This document shows, piece by piece, positions 10,628-22,294 of a stretch of DNA of 64,000 bases. The stretch is taken from contig JADGRQ010000003.1 in NCBI GenBank assembly GCA_017880775.1, positions 120,110 through 184,109 of the forward strand. Reading direction: 5' to 3'. Positions within the stretch are counted from its first letter, which is position 1. Each line of letters starts with the position of its first letter. The notes beneath the pieces are model-generated. The model did no database searches, was not told the DNA's origin, and saw nothing but the letters and a program-made list of their open reading frames with translations. The DNA comes from Burkholderiales bacterium (GTDB lineage: Bacteria; Pseudomonadota; Gammaproteobacteria; Burkholderiales; SG8-39). The translations under genes and the position numbers were made by a program.

Positions 10628-11572
10628 ATGGCCACCCGCATGGCTTCCGGCGAAGCGGCTCGACCTTCGGACGATCCGCTGGTCGCCGCCTGGCTCGATG
10701 CGCTCGCGCACCAGCGCCGGCTGTCGGGCGCGACGCTGGCTAACTACCGGCACGCGCTCGAGCAGCTGCGCCGGCTCTCGGGCGCGCGGCGGCTCGACCA
10801 GTTGGACACCCACCAGCTGCGGCGCCATGCAGCGCAACTGCGCGCGCAAGGCCTTTCGCCACGCACCATCGCGCTCACACTCTCCGCCTGGCGCGGGCTG
10901 TATCGCTGGCTCGCGCGCCATCGCGGGCTCGCGCGCAACCCGATGGCCGGCCTGCGCGCGCCCAAAGCGCCGAGAACTCTGCCCAAGGCGCTATCGCCCG
11001 AAGCGGCGGCGCGGTTGCTCGAAATCGTTGCGGACAAGGCCGGGGCCGGCGCGCCGCCCGACGAATTACGCGATCAGGCTATGTTCGAGTTGCTCTATTC
11101 GTCGGGCCTGCGCCTGGCCGAGCTGGTCTCGCTCGATGTCGGCGCCGGCGCGCTCGATCTGCGCGCCGGCGAAGTCACGGTGACCGGCAAGGGCCGCAAG
11201 ACGCGCACCGTTCCGGTAGGCAGCCTCGCGCGCGATGCGCTTGCACGCTGGCTGGCGGCACGCGCGCAACTCGCAAACGCCGATGAACGTGCGCTGTTCG
11301 TCGGCGCGCGTGGCGGGCGCATCGCGCCCGGCGTGGTCCAGTTGCGCCTCAGGCGCCGCGGCCAGCGGCGGGGTGTGAATGCGAAGGTCCATCCGCACGT
11401 GCTGCGCCATTCGTTCGCCAGCCACGTGCTGCAGTCCTCGCAGGACCTGCGCGCGGTGCAGGAGATGCTGGGCCACGCCAGCATATCGACCACGCAGGTG
11501 TATACGCATCTCGACTTCCAGGCGCTGGCGAAGGTGTACGACGCAGCGCATCCGCGGGCGAAGAAGAAGTGA
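10628..11572 (+). CDS. xerC: tyrosine recombinase XerC
   Basis: Phage-integrase fold with ELLYSSGLRLAEL, the HVLRHSFASHVL box and LGHASISTTQVYTH. Conserved chromosomal context after dapF. Confidence 0.9.
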   Translation: MATRMASGEAARPSDDPLVAAWLDALAHQRRLSGATLANYRHALEQLRRLSGARRLDQLDTHQLRRHAAQLRAQGLSPRTIALTLSAWRGLYRWLARHRGLARNPMAGLRAPKAPRTLPKALSPEAAARLLEIVADKAGAGAPPDELRDQAMFELLYSSGLRLAELVSLDVGAGALDLRAGEVTVTGKGRKTRTVPVGSLARDALARWLAARAQLANADERALFVGARGGRIAPGVVQLRLRRRGQRRGVNAKVHPHVLRHSFASHVLQSSQDLRAVQEMLGHASISTTQVYTHLDFQALAKVYDAAHPRAKKK

Positions 11573-12774
11573 GCACCGTCGCGATTCCGACGGTTACGCT
11601 CAAGGCAGGGCGCGAGAAATCGCTCAAGCGGCGCCACCCGTGGGTGTTCTCGGGCGCGATCGGGGCAGTCGGGCAGGCGCCGGATTCGGGCGCCACCGTT
11701 GAGCTCCGCTCGGCCGACGGGGCGCGGCTCGCGCTCGCCGCATGGAGCCCGAGTTCGCAGATCCGCGCGCGGGTGTGGAGTTTCGATGCGCAGGCGAAGA
11801 TCGACGCGGCCTTTCTGCGCCAGCGGCTCGCGAGCGCGATTGCGCTGCGCGAAGCGCTGCCGGTTGCGCGCCACACCAATGCGCTGCGCCTGGTGCACGC
11901 CGAATCCGATGGCCTGCCCGGGTTGATCGTCGATCGCTATGCGGACGTGCTGGTCGCGCAGTTTCTCTCCGCGGGCGCGGAGTTCTGGCGCGAGGAAATC
12001 CTCGACGCGCTGATGGAACTCACTGGCTGCGAGGCGATCTTCGAGCGCTCCGACGCCGAGGTGCGCACCCTCGAGGGCCTTCACCCGCGCGCGGGGTTCG
12101 TGCGCGGGGAGCACGCCGCGGGCCGCGTCGCGATCCACGAGCACGGATTGCAGTTTCGCGTCGACGTCGCCGCAGGGCAGAAGACCGGCTTCTTCCTCGA
12201 CCAGCGCGAGAACCGCCAGCGCGTTCGCTCGCTCGCGGCAGGACGCAACGTGCTCGATGGGTTTTGCTACACCGGAGGGTTCGCGCTCGCGGCGCTGGCG
12301 GGCCGCGCGAACAGCGTAGTGGCGGTGGACAGCTCGGCGCCTGCGCTCGAAATTGCGCGCGAGAATCTCTCGGCCAACCCGTTCGACGCTTCGCGCCTGC
12401 GCTTCGAAGTCGCGGACGTATTCGCGTACCTGCGCTCGCTGCGCGACCGCGCCGCGCAGTTCGACATGATCGTGCTCGATCCGCCCAAGTTCGCGCCCAC
12501 CGCGGCGCAGGCGGAAAATGCGGCGCGCGCCTACAAGGACATCAACTTGCTCGCGCTGAAGCTGCTCGCCCCCGGCGGGCTGCTCGCCACTTTCTCGTGC
12601 TCCGGCGGGGTGCCGCTCGAATTCTTCCAGAAGATCGTCGCCGGCGCGGCGCTGGACGCCGGCGTCGATGCGCGGGTGATCGAGCATTTCGCGGCCGGGC
12701 CGGATCACCCGGTGGCGCTGAATTTTCCCGAAGGGGAATATTTGAAGGGGCTGCTGATCGTGCGGGCGTGGTAG
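11569..12774 (+). CDS. class I SAM-dependent rRNA methyltransferase (RlmI/PUA-domain family)
   Basis: KRRHPWVFSGAI (PUA region), VLDGFCYTGGFAL, DMIVLDPPKF. GTG start overlaps the xerC stop. Confidence 0.8.
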   Translation: MSTVAIPTVTLKAGREKSLKRRHPWVFSGAIGAVGQAPDSGATVELRSADGARLALAAWSPSSQIRARVWSFDAQAKIDAAFLRQRLASAIALREALPVARHTNALRLVHAESDGLPGLIVDRYADVLVAQFLSAGAEFWREEILDALMELTGCEAIFERSDAEVRTLEGLHPRAGFVRGEHAAGRVAIHEHGLQFRVDVAAGQKTGFFLDQRENRQRVRSLAAGRNVLDGFCYTGGFALAALAGRANSVVAVDSSAPALEIARENLSANPFDASRLRFEVADVFAYLRSLRDRAAQFDMIVLDPPKFAPTAAQAENAARAYKDINLLALKLLAPGGLLATFSCSGGVPLEFFQKIVAGAALDAGVDARVIEHFAAGPDHPVALNFPEGEYLKGLLIVRAW

Positions 12775-12813
12775 ATTCGCCTCCCGCGTACCCTCTGGGG
12801 CAAGGCAGACACG

Positions 12814-13806
<993 letters not shown>

Positions 13807-13836
13807 CCCGGGGTAGAATCTCCGGCACATGGAAGC

Positions 13837-14160
13837 ATGCGTGAAATGAGCCGCACCCTGCGCCACCTGCTGATCGCGCTGGCCTTGCTGTTCACGCAGC
13901 AGGCCGCGCAGCTGCACGCGCTGTCGCATCTCGGGCACGACCTCAAGCTCGCCGCGGGCGGCGGGAAAAGCGCGCCGCCACTCGGACATCCGGCCGAGCA
14001 ATGCCTTGCGTTTCATGCGCTCGACAGCGCACTGCCGATTCTCGCGTTCTCGCTCGAGCCGCCGCGCGCCGAGCTGTCGGGCGCCGCGCGCTTCACGCTG
14101 CCTCCGCTCCACCCGCCGCGAATCGTGTTCGATTCGCGCGCGCCTCCCGTACTCTCCTAG
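13837..14160 (+). CDS. small secreted/membrane hypothetical protein (DUF2946-like)
   Basis: 107 aa with hydrophobic N-terminus LLIALALLFTQQAAQLHALSHLGH, several His and one Cys. The family assignment is tentative. Confidence 0.4.
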   Translation: MREMSRTLRHLLIALALLFTQQAAQLHALSHLGHDLKLAAGGGKSAPPLGHPAEQCLAFHALDSALPILAFSLEPPRAELSGAARFTLPPLHPPRIVFDSRAPPVLS

Positions 14161-14252
14161 CTGCTTTTCGACCGAGCCCCGCTTTGCCAGGCGGTGGTGT
14201 GTCAGCGACCGCCCGAGAGGCGTGTCGCCAACGCAGTTCAAGGAGAAGCGAC

Positions 14253-15680
14253 ATGGTCAGCGTGAATGTCACGGCGCTCGCTGTTGCGGCGGCGCTCGGT
14301 ATACCCCAGGCCGCCCATGCGGCGACCGAAGACGATTTGAAGGAACTGCGCGAGCAGGTCCGCCAGTTGAAGGAAGTCTACGAGCAACGCATCGGGTCGC
14401 TGGAGAAGCGGCTGCAGCAAACGGAGCAATCGGCCGGCAAGGCCGAAGCGGCCGCAAGCAAGGCGGAGACCACGGCGAATCAGGCTGCGGTCCAGGCGAG
14501 CAGCCGGCCGACGAGCGAAAGCGCCTTCAATCCGGGCGTGTCGGTGATCATGAACGGCATCTATGCCAACCTGTCGCAGGACCCGGCGAAATTCCGCATC
14601 AACGGCTTCGTGCCAACTCTCGACGAGGTCGCGCCGCCGGTGCGCGGTCTCAGCCTGGGTGAATCCGAGCTCGCTTTAGCCTCCAACATTGACCATAACT
14701 TTCGCGGCACTCTGATCGCTTCGATATCCCCCGACAACAGCAGCATCGACATCGAGGAGGGCTATATCCAGACGCTGTCTCTGCCGAGCGGCTTCACTAT
14801 CAAGGCCGGGCGATTCTTCTCCGGCATCGGCTACCTGAACCAAGTCCACGCGCACGCGTGGGATTTCGCCGACGCGCCGCTCGCGAACAAGGTGTTTCTC
14901 GGTAACCAGCTCAACGAGGACGGCGTCCAGTTCAAATGGGTGGCACCGACCCAGCTTTATTTCGACTTGGGACTCGAAGCCGGGCGCGGACGAAAGTTTC
15001 CCGGCGGTCCGGACGGCGGCCGCAACAAGAACGGTTTCGGCTCAGGAAACCTGTTCGCGCACCTGGGCGGAGATCTCGGAGCGAGCATCGCCTGGCAAAC
15101 CGGACTTTCGTACCTGAGCACCTCGCCGCAAGACCGCACGTTCGCCGATCTGGACTCGACCGGCACCAGCGTCACCAACAGCATCACCGGCAAGAGCCGG
15201 CTGTGGGCGCTCGACGGGGTGCTGAAGTGGGCGCCGAACCAGAACTCGACGTACACCAACTTCAAGCTGCAGGGCGAGTACTTCCGGCGCAGGGAAGACG
15301 GCGTTCTCACCTACGACACCATGGCGCAATCATTCGGGACGCAGGTCGGCGGGTACGCCTCAGCGCAATCGGGCTGGTACCTTCAAGGGGTGTATCAATT
15401 CGCGCCGACGTGGCGGGTCGGCTTGCGCTACGACCGTTTGAATTCGGGCACCACCAGCAACGCTCTGGTGAATTCCGGCGCGCTCACTGCCGCCGATTTC
15501 CCGATCCTGGCTGGCTACGACCCACACAGGAGCACGGCCATGATCGACTGGAGCGCGAGCGAGTTCAGCCGCCTGCGGCTGCAGTTCGCGCGCGACTACT
15601 CGCAGCCGGGCGCGACCGACAACCAGATTTTCCTCCAGTACATCATGAGCCTTGGTGCCCATGGTGCGCACAAATTCTGA
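14253..15680 (+). CDS. outer-membrane beta-barrel (porin-like) protein with N-terminal coiled coil
   Basis: ATG 14253 behind AAGGAGAAG. Signal peptide ...PQAAHA/ATEDD, heptad-like DLKELREQVRQLKEVYEQRIGSLEKRLQQ, alternating-polarity strands, and C-terminal ...GAHKF. Confidence 0.6.
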   Translation: MVSVNVTALAVAAALGIPQAAHAATEDDLKELREQVRQLKEVYEQRIGSLEKRLQQTEQSAGKAEAAASKAETTANQAAVQASSRPTSESAFNPGVSVIMNGIYANLSQDPAKFRINGFVPTLDEVAPPVRGLSLGESELALASNIDHNFRGTLIASISPDNSSIDIEEGYIQTLSLPSGFTIKAGRFFSGIGYLNQVHAHAWDFADAPLANKVFLGNQLNEDGVQFKWVAPTQLYFDLGLEAGRGRKFPGGPDGGRNKNGFGSGNLFAHLGGDLGASIAWQTGLSYLSTSPQDRTFADLDSTGTSVTNSITGKSRLWALDGVLKWAPNQNSTYTNFKLQGEYFRRREDGVLTYDTMAQSFGTQVGGYASAQSGWYLQGVYQFAPTWRVGLRYDRLNSGTTSNALVNSGALTAADFPILAGYDPHRSTAMIDWSASEFSRLRLQFARDYSQPGATDNQIFLQYIMSLGAHGAHKF

Positions 15681-15690
15681 GGTGGCGAAC

Positions 15691-16596
15691 ATGAAAACGA
15701 TTCTGAAGTTTCTCGTCGCATCGGCGATTGCAGCGGCAGCGTTGCCGGCAGCGGCGGCGCTCAACGTTTTTGCCTGCGAACCGGAGTGGGGTGCGCTTGC
15801 ACAGGAGCTGGGGGGCGACAAGGTTTCGGTGTTCAACGCGACAACGTCCCTGCAGGATCCGCACCGCATCGAGGCGCGCCCCAGCCTGATCGCGCGCATC
15901 CGCTCGGCCGACCTCGTGATCTGCTCCGGATCGGAACTCGAGATCGGCTGGCTGCCGCTGCTGTTGACGCAGTCGGGAAATCCGAAAATCCAGCCGGGCG
16001 AAATCGGCAATCTCGAAGCGTCGCAATTCGTGGTCAGGCTGGAAATACCGAAAGTGATCGACCGTGCGCTGGGCGATATCCATCCGTCGGGCAACCCGCA
16101 TATTCATCTGGATCCGCGCAACATTGCCAAGGTGGGCGAAGTAGTCTCCGAGCGGCTGGCGCGGCTCGATCCGGCGAATGCGGGCGTGTACCAGGCGCGG
16201 GCGACATCCTTCCAACAGCGCTGGCAGGCGGCGATGCAACGCTGGGAGCAGGAAGCCTCGCGGCTCAAGGGCATGCCGATCGTCGTTTACCATAAGGACA
16301 TGTCCTATTTCATCAACTGGGCCGCGATGCGGGAGGCAGGTTCGCTCGAACCCAAGCCCGGCTTGCAGCCAACGCCGGTGCATCTGGCCGAACTGGTGGA
16401 GCACATGAAGCGCGATCCGGCGAAGGCGGTCGTGTATTCCTCCTATAACAGTCCCGGAGCCGCCGAGTTTCTCTCACAGCGCGCCAACATCCCGGCCGTG
16501 CAATTGCCCTTCACCGTGGGCGGGACCGACAAGGCGAAAGATCTGTTTGGATTGTTCGACGACACCATCGCGCGGCTGCTGACCGTGGCTAAATGA
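15691..16596 (+). CDS. ZnuA-like metal ABC transporter substrate-binding protein
   Basis: Signal peptide MKTILKFLVASAIAAAALPAAAA. Cluster-9 SBP motifs DPHRIEARPS, GNPHIHLDPRN, VVYHKDMSYF. Confidence 0.8.
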   Translation: MKTILKFLVASAIAAAALPAAAALNVFACEPEWGALAQELGGDKVSVFNATTSLQDPHRIEARPSLIARIRSADLVICSGSELEIGWLPLLLTQSGNPKIQPGEIGNLEASQFVVRLEIPKVIDRALGDIHPSGNPHIHLDPRNIAKVGEVVSERLARLDPANAGVYQARATSFQQRWQAAMQRWEQEASRLKGMPIVVYHKDMSYFINWAAMREAGSLEPKPGLQPTPVHLAELVEHMKRDPAKAVVYSSYNSPGAAEFLSQRANIPAVQLPFTVGGTDKAKDLFGLFDDTIARLLTVAK

Positions 16597-17366
16597 ACCT
16601 CGACGCGGCGACCCTCGGCATCCTGTGGCCTGCGTTCATCGCCGGCCTGCTGGTCACCGCGACGCACGTGCCCCTCGGCATGCAGGTGCTCGACCGCGGC
16701 ATCGTGTTCATCGACCTCGCGGTGGCGCAGATCGCCGGGGTTGGCGTGATTCTCGCGGATTTCCTGGGCTGGAACCCGACCGGCGCCGCGGTTCAGATCG
16801 CGGCGCTCGGCGCGGCGCTGGTCGGGGCATTCGTCCTGACCTGGACCGAGCGCCGCTGGCCGGAGGTGCAGGAAGCGATCATCGGCGTCGTCTTCGTGCT
16901 CGCTTCGAGCGTTGCGATCCTTCTGCTCGCCAAGAATCCTCACGGCGGCGAGAACCTCAAAGAGCTGCTGATCGGTCAGATTCTCTGGGTCAACCCTGCA
17001 CGCCTGCCGCTCGAAGCGTTGTTCTACGCGGGAATTCTCGCGCTCTGGTTCGGTCTCGGTGAGCGACTCGGCCGGATCGGCTTCTACGTGCTGTTCGCCT
17101 GCGCCGTGACCATCTCGGTCCAACTGGTAGGCCTGTTTCTGGTCTTCATCACCCTGGTCGTCCCGGCCCTCGCGACTTTCTACTCGCGCAAACAACGCTA
17201 CCTCAAGGCCTACGCGATCGGCGTCCTCGGGTACGCGCTCGGCCTCATCGCCTCGGCGATGACCGACCTTCCGTCCGGCTCGATGATCGTGTGCGCGATG
17301 GTGGTCATCGCCGCGGCAATGGCATTGCTCTCGAAGCCCGACGTTGCACCAGCGAAGGGCCCGTGA
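16593..17366 (+). CDS. ZnuB-like metal ABC transporter permease
   Basis: Polytopic 257-aa protein; ...[28 protein letters not shown]... is typical of ABC-3 permeases. Start overlaps the SBP stop. Confidence 0.8.
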   Translation: MNLDAATLGILWPAFIAGLLVTATHVPLGMQVLDRGIVFIDLAVAQIAGVGVILADFLGWNPTGAAVQIAALGAALVGAFVLTWTERRWPEVQEAIIGVVFVLASSVAILLLAKNPHGGENLKELLIGQILWVNPARLPLEALFYAGILALWFGLGERLGRIGFYVLFACAVTISVQLVGLFLVFITLVVPALATFYSRKQRYLKAYAIGVLGYALGLIASAMTDLPSGSMIVCAMVVIAAAMALLSKPDVAPAKGP

Positions 17367-17382
17367 TACAAGGCTCGCGGGG

Positions 17383-17409
17383 TTGCATTTCGACGTTGCG
17401 GCCCCATTT
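17383..17409 (+). promoter_or_regulatory. sigma-32 (RpoH)-type heat-shock promoter for hslVU
   Basis: TTGCAT (17383-17388), 13-nt spacer, CCCCATTT (17402-17409). Ends 29 nt upstream of the hslV ATG. Confidence 0.5.
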
Positions 17410-17437
17410 TCTCGACCTCCCGTCCCCGGTTTCCGGC

Positions 17438-17974
17438 ATGGAACAGTTCCACGGCACCACCATCCTTTCCGCACGCCGCGGGCGCAGCGTGGCCCTCGGC
17501 GGCGATGGCCAGGTCACCCTCGGCCATGTGGTCATCAAGGGTGGCGCGCGCAAGGTCAGGCGGCTCTACAACGACCAGATCCTGGCCGGCTTCGCGGGCG
17601 GCACCGCCGACGCATTTACGCTGTTCGAGCGCTTCGAAGCCAAGCTCGAGAAGCACCAGGGCAACCTGCTGCGCTCGGCCGTCGAACTCGCCAAGGACTG
17701 GCGCACTGACCGCATGCTGCGCCGGCTGGAGGCGATGCTCGCGGTCGCCGATCGCGAGCATTCGCTGGTGATCACCGGTCAAGGTGACGTGCTCGAGCCC
17801 GAGCACGGCATCGTCGCGATCGGTTCGGGCGGCCCTTACGCCCAGGCCGCCGCGCGGGCGCTGCTCGAGAGCACGGAGCTCGGAGCGCGCGAGATCGTCG
17901 AGCGCTCGCTCGCGATCGCCGCCGATATCTGCATCTACACCAATCACCAGCGCGTGATCGAAGTCCTGGAGTAG
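17438..17974 (+). CDS. hslV: ATP-dependent protease subunit HslV
   Basis: [29 protein letters not shown]...[14 protein letters not shown]. Confidence 0.95.
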   Translation: MEQFHGTTILSARRGRSVALGGDGQVTLGHVVIKGGARKVRRLYNDQILAGFAGGTADAFTLFERFEAKLEKHQGNLLRSAVELAKDWRTDRMLRRLEAMLAVADREHSLVITGQGDVLEPEHGIVAIGSGGPYAQAAARALLESTELGAREIVERSLAIAADICIYTNHQRVIEVLE

Positions 17975-17979
17975 CCCGG

Positions 17980-19314
17980 ATGTCATCGATGACGCCGCAG
18001 GAAATCGTCCACGAGCTGGACAAACACATCGTCGGGCAGGCGCGCGCCAAGCGCGCGGTGGCGATCGCGCTGCGCAACCGCTGGCGCAGGCAACAGGTCG
18101 CCGAGCCGTTGCGCAGCGAAATCACGCCGAAGAACATCCTGATGATCGGCCCGACGGGGGTGGGCAAGACCGAGATCGCCCGGCGCCTGGCGCGGCTGGC
18201 GGACGCGCCGTTCATCAAGGTCGAGGCGACCAAGTTCACCGAAGTCGGCTATGTCGGGCGCGACGTCGATGCCATCATCCGCGACCTGGTCGAAATCAGC
18301 GTCAAGCAGACGCGCGAGCAGGCGATGCGCAAGGTGCGCGGACGTGCCGAGGAGGCCGCCGAGGAGCGCATCCTCGACCTGCTGCTGCCCGGACCGCGCG
18401 AGGCGTCTTACGCAATGCGCACCGAGCCGGCGGAAGAGAATCCGACCCGCCAGAAGTTCCGCAAGAAGCTTCGCGAGGGCGAACTCGACGAGCGCGATAT
18501 CGAGGTCGAAGTTTCGATGGCTGCGACGCAGATGGAGATCATGGCGCCGCCGGGAATGGAGGAGCTGACGCAGCAGATCCAGGGCATGTTCCAGAATTTG
18601 TCGGGCGGGCGACGCAAAACGCGCAAGATGAGAGTGCGCGAGGCGCTGCTCCAGCTCACCGAGGAAGAGGCCGCGCGCCTGGCGGGCGACGAAGACCTGA
18701 AGGCGAGGGCACTCGCCAATGTCGAGGCCAACGGCATCGTGTTCCTCGATGAGATCGACAAGATCACCAGCCGGCAGGAAGTCGCCGGCGCGGATGTCTC
18801 GCGGCAGGGCGTGCAACGCGACCTGCTGCCGCTGGTCGAGGGCACCACCGTGTCAACCAAGTACGGTATGGTCAAGACCGACCATATTCTCTTTATCGCG
18901 AGCGGCGCTTTCCACCTCGCCAAGCCGTCGGATCTGATTCCGGAACTTCAGGGACGGTTTCCGATCCGCGTCGAGCTCGATTCACTCTCGGTCGAGGATT
19001 TCGAACGCATCCTGACCTCGACCGACGCCTGCCTGACCGAGCAGTACCAGGCGCTGATCGCAACCGAGGGCGTGACGCTCGAGTTCAGGCCCGAGGCGAT
19101 CCGGCGGCTCGCGGAAATCGCCTACTCGGTCAATGAGACGACCGAGAACATCGGCGCGCGGCGCCTGTACACCGTGCTCGAAAAGCTGCTCGAGGAGATC
19201 TCGTTCGAGTCGGGAAAGCGCGGCGACGGCGCGATGGTGATCGACGCCGCCTACGTCGATGCGCGGCTGGTCGAGCTGGCGCGGAACGAAGACCTCGCGC
19301 GCTACGTGCTCTGA
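17980..19314 (+). CDS. hslU: ATP-dependent protease ATPase subunit HslU
   Basis: [34 protein letters not shown], Walker [24 protein letters not shown]. Confidence 0.95.
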   Translation: MSSMTPQEIVHELDKHIVGQARAKRAVAIALRNRWRRQQVAEPLRSEITPKNILMIGPTGVGKTEIARRLARLADAPFIKVEATKFTEVGYVGRDVDAIIRDLVEISVKQTREQAMRKVRGRAEEAAEERILDLLLPGPREASYAMRTEPAEENPTRQKFRKKLREGELDERDIEVEVSMAATQMEIMAPPGMEELTQQIQGMFQNLSGGRRKTRKMRVREALLQLTEEEAARLAGDEDLKARALANVEANGIVFLDEIDKITSRQEVAGADVSRQGVQRDLLPLVEGTTVSTKYGMVKTDHILFIASGAFHLAKPSDLIPELQGRFPIRVELDSLSVEDFERILTSTDACLTEQYQALIATEGVTLEFRPEAIRRLAEIAYSVNETTENIGARRLYTVLEKLLEEISFESGKRGDGAMVIDAAYVDARLVELARNEDLARYVL

Positions 19315-19517
19315 GCGCCCGCGCGGGCTTGGGGGTCGTCCTCGGGCAGGCGCTCGAGCGCGCTGCGCAGGAACGCCATCTGGCGGCTGAACCCGCGGCA
19401 GCCCTTGCAGATCTGCAGGTGCAGGCCGAGCGCCAGGCGCTCGCCGAACCCGAGCTCGCGGTCGAGCCCCTGCGAAACGAGCGCGGAGACTTCCCTGCAC
19501 GACCTCAAACTCATCAT
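19302..19517 (-). CDS. zf-HC2 (ZAS-type) anti-sigma factor, short soluble form
   Basis: [22 protein letters not shown]...[11 protein letters not shown] carries the H-x3-C-x2-C motif. The ATG overlaps the sigma-factor TAA by 1 nt. No TM segment. Confidence 0.7.
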   Translation of the reverse strand: MMSLRSCREVSALVSQGLDRELGFGERLALGLHLQICKGCRGFSRQMAFLRSALERLPEDDPQARAGAQST

Positions 19518-20086
19518 TACCGCGCTCCGTCGAACCACTTCTGCTGCAGGCACGCGCGCAGCGCCATGCGCGCGCGATACAGCAGTACCCAGCAGTGGGT
19601 CGGGGTGATTTCGAGAACCTTACAGATCTCGTCAGTCGGGGTGCCGAGGTGCTCGCGCATCATGAAGACCTGCCGGGTCCTTTTCGGCAGTTTTGCGAGG
19701 CACTCCTCGAGCACGGCGTAGAATTCCTTGCGCCCGAAGCTTTGCTCCGGGTTGCCCCAGTCCGCAGGCACGTCCTGCCAGTGGCCGTCGACCTTGAAGA
19801 GGGTGTCGGATTCGCCGCCGTCGCCATCGCCGGGTGCGTTGGCGAACGCCACCTCGCGGCTCTGCTTGCGGATCGCGTCCACGATCTTGTGCTTGAGGAT
19901 GCCGACCAGCCACGTGCGTACCGCCGAGCGCCCGGCGAAACGCTGCTGGCCCGTGAGGGCTGCGACCAGCGTGTCCTGAACGGCGTCTTCCGCGACGGTG
20001 GCGTTGCGCAATTGGAGATTGGCGTAACGCAGCAGGTAGGTCCGGTGCGCTTCGACTTCGTCCTGAAAATGATTCTCATCTTTCAT
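19517..20086 (-). CDS. ECF-type RNA polymerase sigma-70 family factor
   Basis: Region 2 YLLRYANLQLRN..AEDAVQDTLV, WLVGILKHKIVD; region 4 RQVFMMREHLGTPTDEICKVLEITPTHCWVLLYRAR. Confidence 0.85.
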   Translation of the reverse strand: MKDENHFQDEVEAHRTYLLRYANLQLRNATVAEDAVQDTLVAALTGQQRFAGRSAVRTWLVGILKHKIVDAIRKQSREVAFANAPGDGDGGESDTLFKVDGHWQDVPADWGNPEQSFGRKEFYAVLEECLAKLPKRTRQVFMMREHLGTPTDEICKVLEITPTHCWVLLYRARMALRACLQQKWFDGAR

Positions 20087-20129
20087 GCGTTGCGCACTCT
20101 ACCCGCGGGGGATCCCTACGGCAACGGGT

Positions 20130-20157
20130 CTTGAAACGGTCCCGGGGCCCCCCATTT
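20130..20157 (+). promoter_or_regulatory. consensus sigma-32 (RpoH) heat-shock promoter for hsp20
   Basis: CTTGAAA (20130-20136), 13-nt spacer, CCCCATTT (20150-20157). Ends 51 nt upstream of the hsp20 ATG. Confidence 0.7.
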
Positions 20158-20207
20158 GTAATGACATGGCGCCAAGGATGCGCCGCTAATCTACTAGGAG
20201 AGGAACC

Positions 20208-20636
20208 ATGGCAAACATCACCCGTTTCGAGCCGCTGAACGACCTGGTCGACGACCTGTTCAAGGGCTTTTTCGTCCGTCCGATGGTCTACGAGGGCGCG
20301 CAGACTGCGCTGCCGCGCGTAAAGGTTGACGTCGTCGAGAGCAACGGCGGCTACCTCGTGCACGCAGAGTTGCCGGGCGTCAAGAAGGAAGACATTCATG
20401 TTTCGATCGACGGCGCGCAGGTCACGCTCGCCGGCGAAGTGAAGCGCGAGAAGGACGTCAAGGAAGGCGAGCGGCTGATCCACACCGAGCGCACCTACGG
20501 CAAGGTGGAGCGCAGCTTCACACTGCCGCAGGAGATCGACGACGCGAAGGCCGAAGCGAAGTTCGCCGATGGCGTGCTGGAACTGAAGCTGCCGAAGAAG
20601 GCCGCCGCGGCGCGCAAGTCGGTCACCATCCAGTAA
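20208..20636 (+). CDS. Hsp20/alpha-crystallin family small heat-shock protein
   Basis: ANITRFEPLNDL...VDVVESNGGYLVHAELPGVKKEDIHVSIDGAQVTLAGE...AKFADGVLELKLPK. SD AGGAGAGG. Confidence 0.9.
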   Translation: MANITRFEPLNDLVDDLFKGFFVRPMVYEGAQTALPRVKVDVVESNGGYLVHAELPGVKKEDIHVSIDGAQVTLAGEVKREKDVKEGERLIHTERTYGKVERSFTLPQEIDDAKAEAKFADGVLELKLPKKAAAARKSVTIQ

Positions 20637-20655
20637 ACGTTCCGACGCAAACAGA

Positions 20656-21592
<937 letters not shown>

Positions 21593-21594
21593 GG

Positions 21595-22260
21595 GTGCGG
21601 TTTGCCCGGTTGCCGCCTTCGCGGCGGGTGTGGATTTTCGATCTCGACAACACCCTGCACGATGCGCGCGTGCACATTTTTCCGTCGATGCATCTGCAGA
21701 TCGGCGACTGGCTCAAGCGCCATCTCGGCCTGGACGAGGATGCCGCCAACCAGTTGCGCCAGCGCTATTGGCGCCGTTACGGCACCACGCTGCACGGGCT
21801 GATGCGTCACCACGGTACCGATCCGCGCGGGTTCCTGTGGGAGACCCACCAGTTTCCGGACATCGAACGCATGGTGGTCTACGACAACGCGCTGCTGCAT
21901 GCATTGCAGCGGTTGCAGGGCCTCAAGCTCGTGTTTACGAATGCACCGCGCCATTACGCCGAAGCCGTGCTGCGCGCGATGCGGCTGCACCGCTATTTCG
22001 ATGCCGTGTACACGATCGAGAACACGCGTTACCGGCCAAAGCCCGCGTTCGCCGGCTTTCACGTGCTGCTACGCGTCCACCAGCTCGATCCGCACCGCTG
22101 TGCGTTGATCGACGATTCACTCGACAACCTGCGGGCCGCCAAGCGGCTCGGCATGTCCACGGTCTGGGTGAGCCCGCTTGCGCAGCGCCCGGGCTACGTC
22201 GACCTGCGCGTGGGTTCGGTGCTGGAGTTGCCGCGGCTGGCGTTTCGCTACGCAGGTTAG
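21595..22260 (+). CDS. HAD-superfamily pyrimidine 5'-nucleotidase-like hydrolase
   Basis: Motif I VWIFDLDNTLH, ...VFTNAPRHYA..., ...LIDDSLDNL. GTG start at 21595; alternative GTG at 21628. Confidence 0.7.
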   Translation: MRFARLPPSRRVWIFDLDNTLHDARVHIFPSMHLQIGDWLKRHLGLDEDAANQLRQRYWRRYGTTLHGLMRHHGTDPRGFLWETHQFPDIERMVVYDNALLHALQRLQGLKLVFTNAPRHYAEAVLRAMRLHRYFDAVYTIENTRYRPKPAFAGFHVLLRVHQLDPHRCALIDDSLDNLRAAKRLGMSTVWVSPLAQRPGYVDLRVGSVLELPRLAFRYAG

Positions 22261-22294
22261 CAGCGTACAATCGCCGCGTCTTTCTCCCGCCCCC

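Noticed and set aside
10628-11572. Tyrosine recombinase as a marker of an integrated element
   Set aside because: The sequence and the dapF-DUF484-xerC context identify it as the chromosomal dimer-resolution recombinase XerC. The flanks are housekeeping genes with normal composition.
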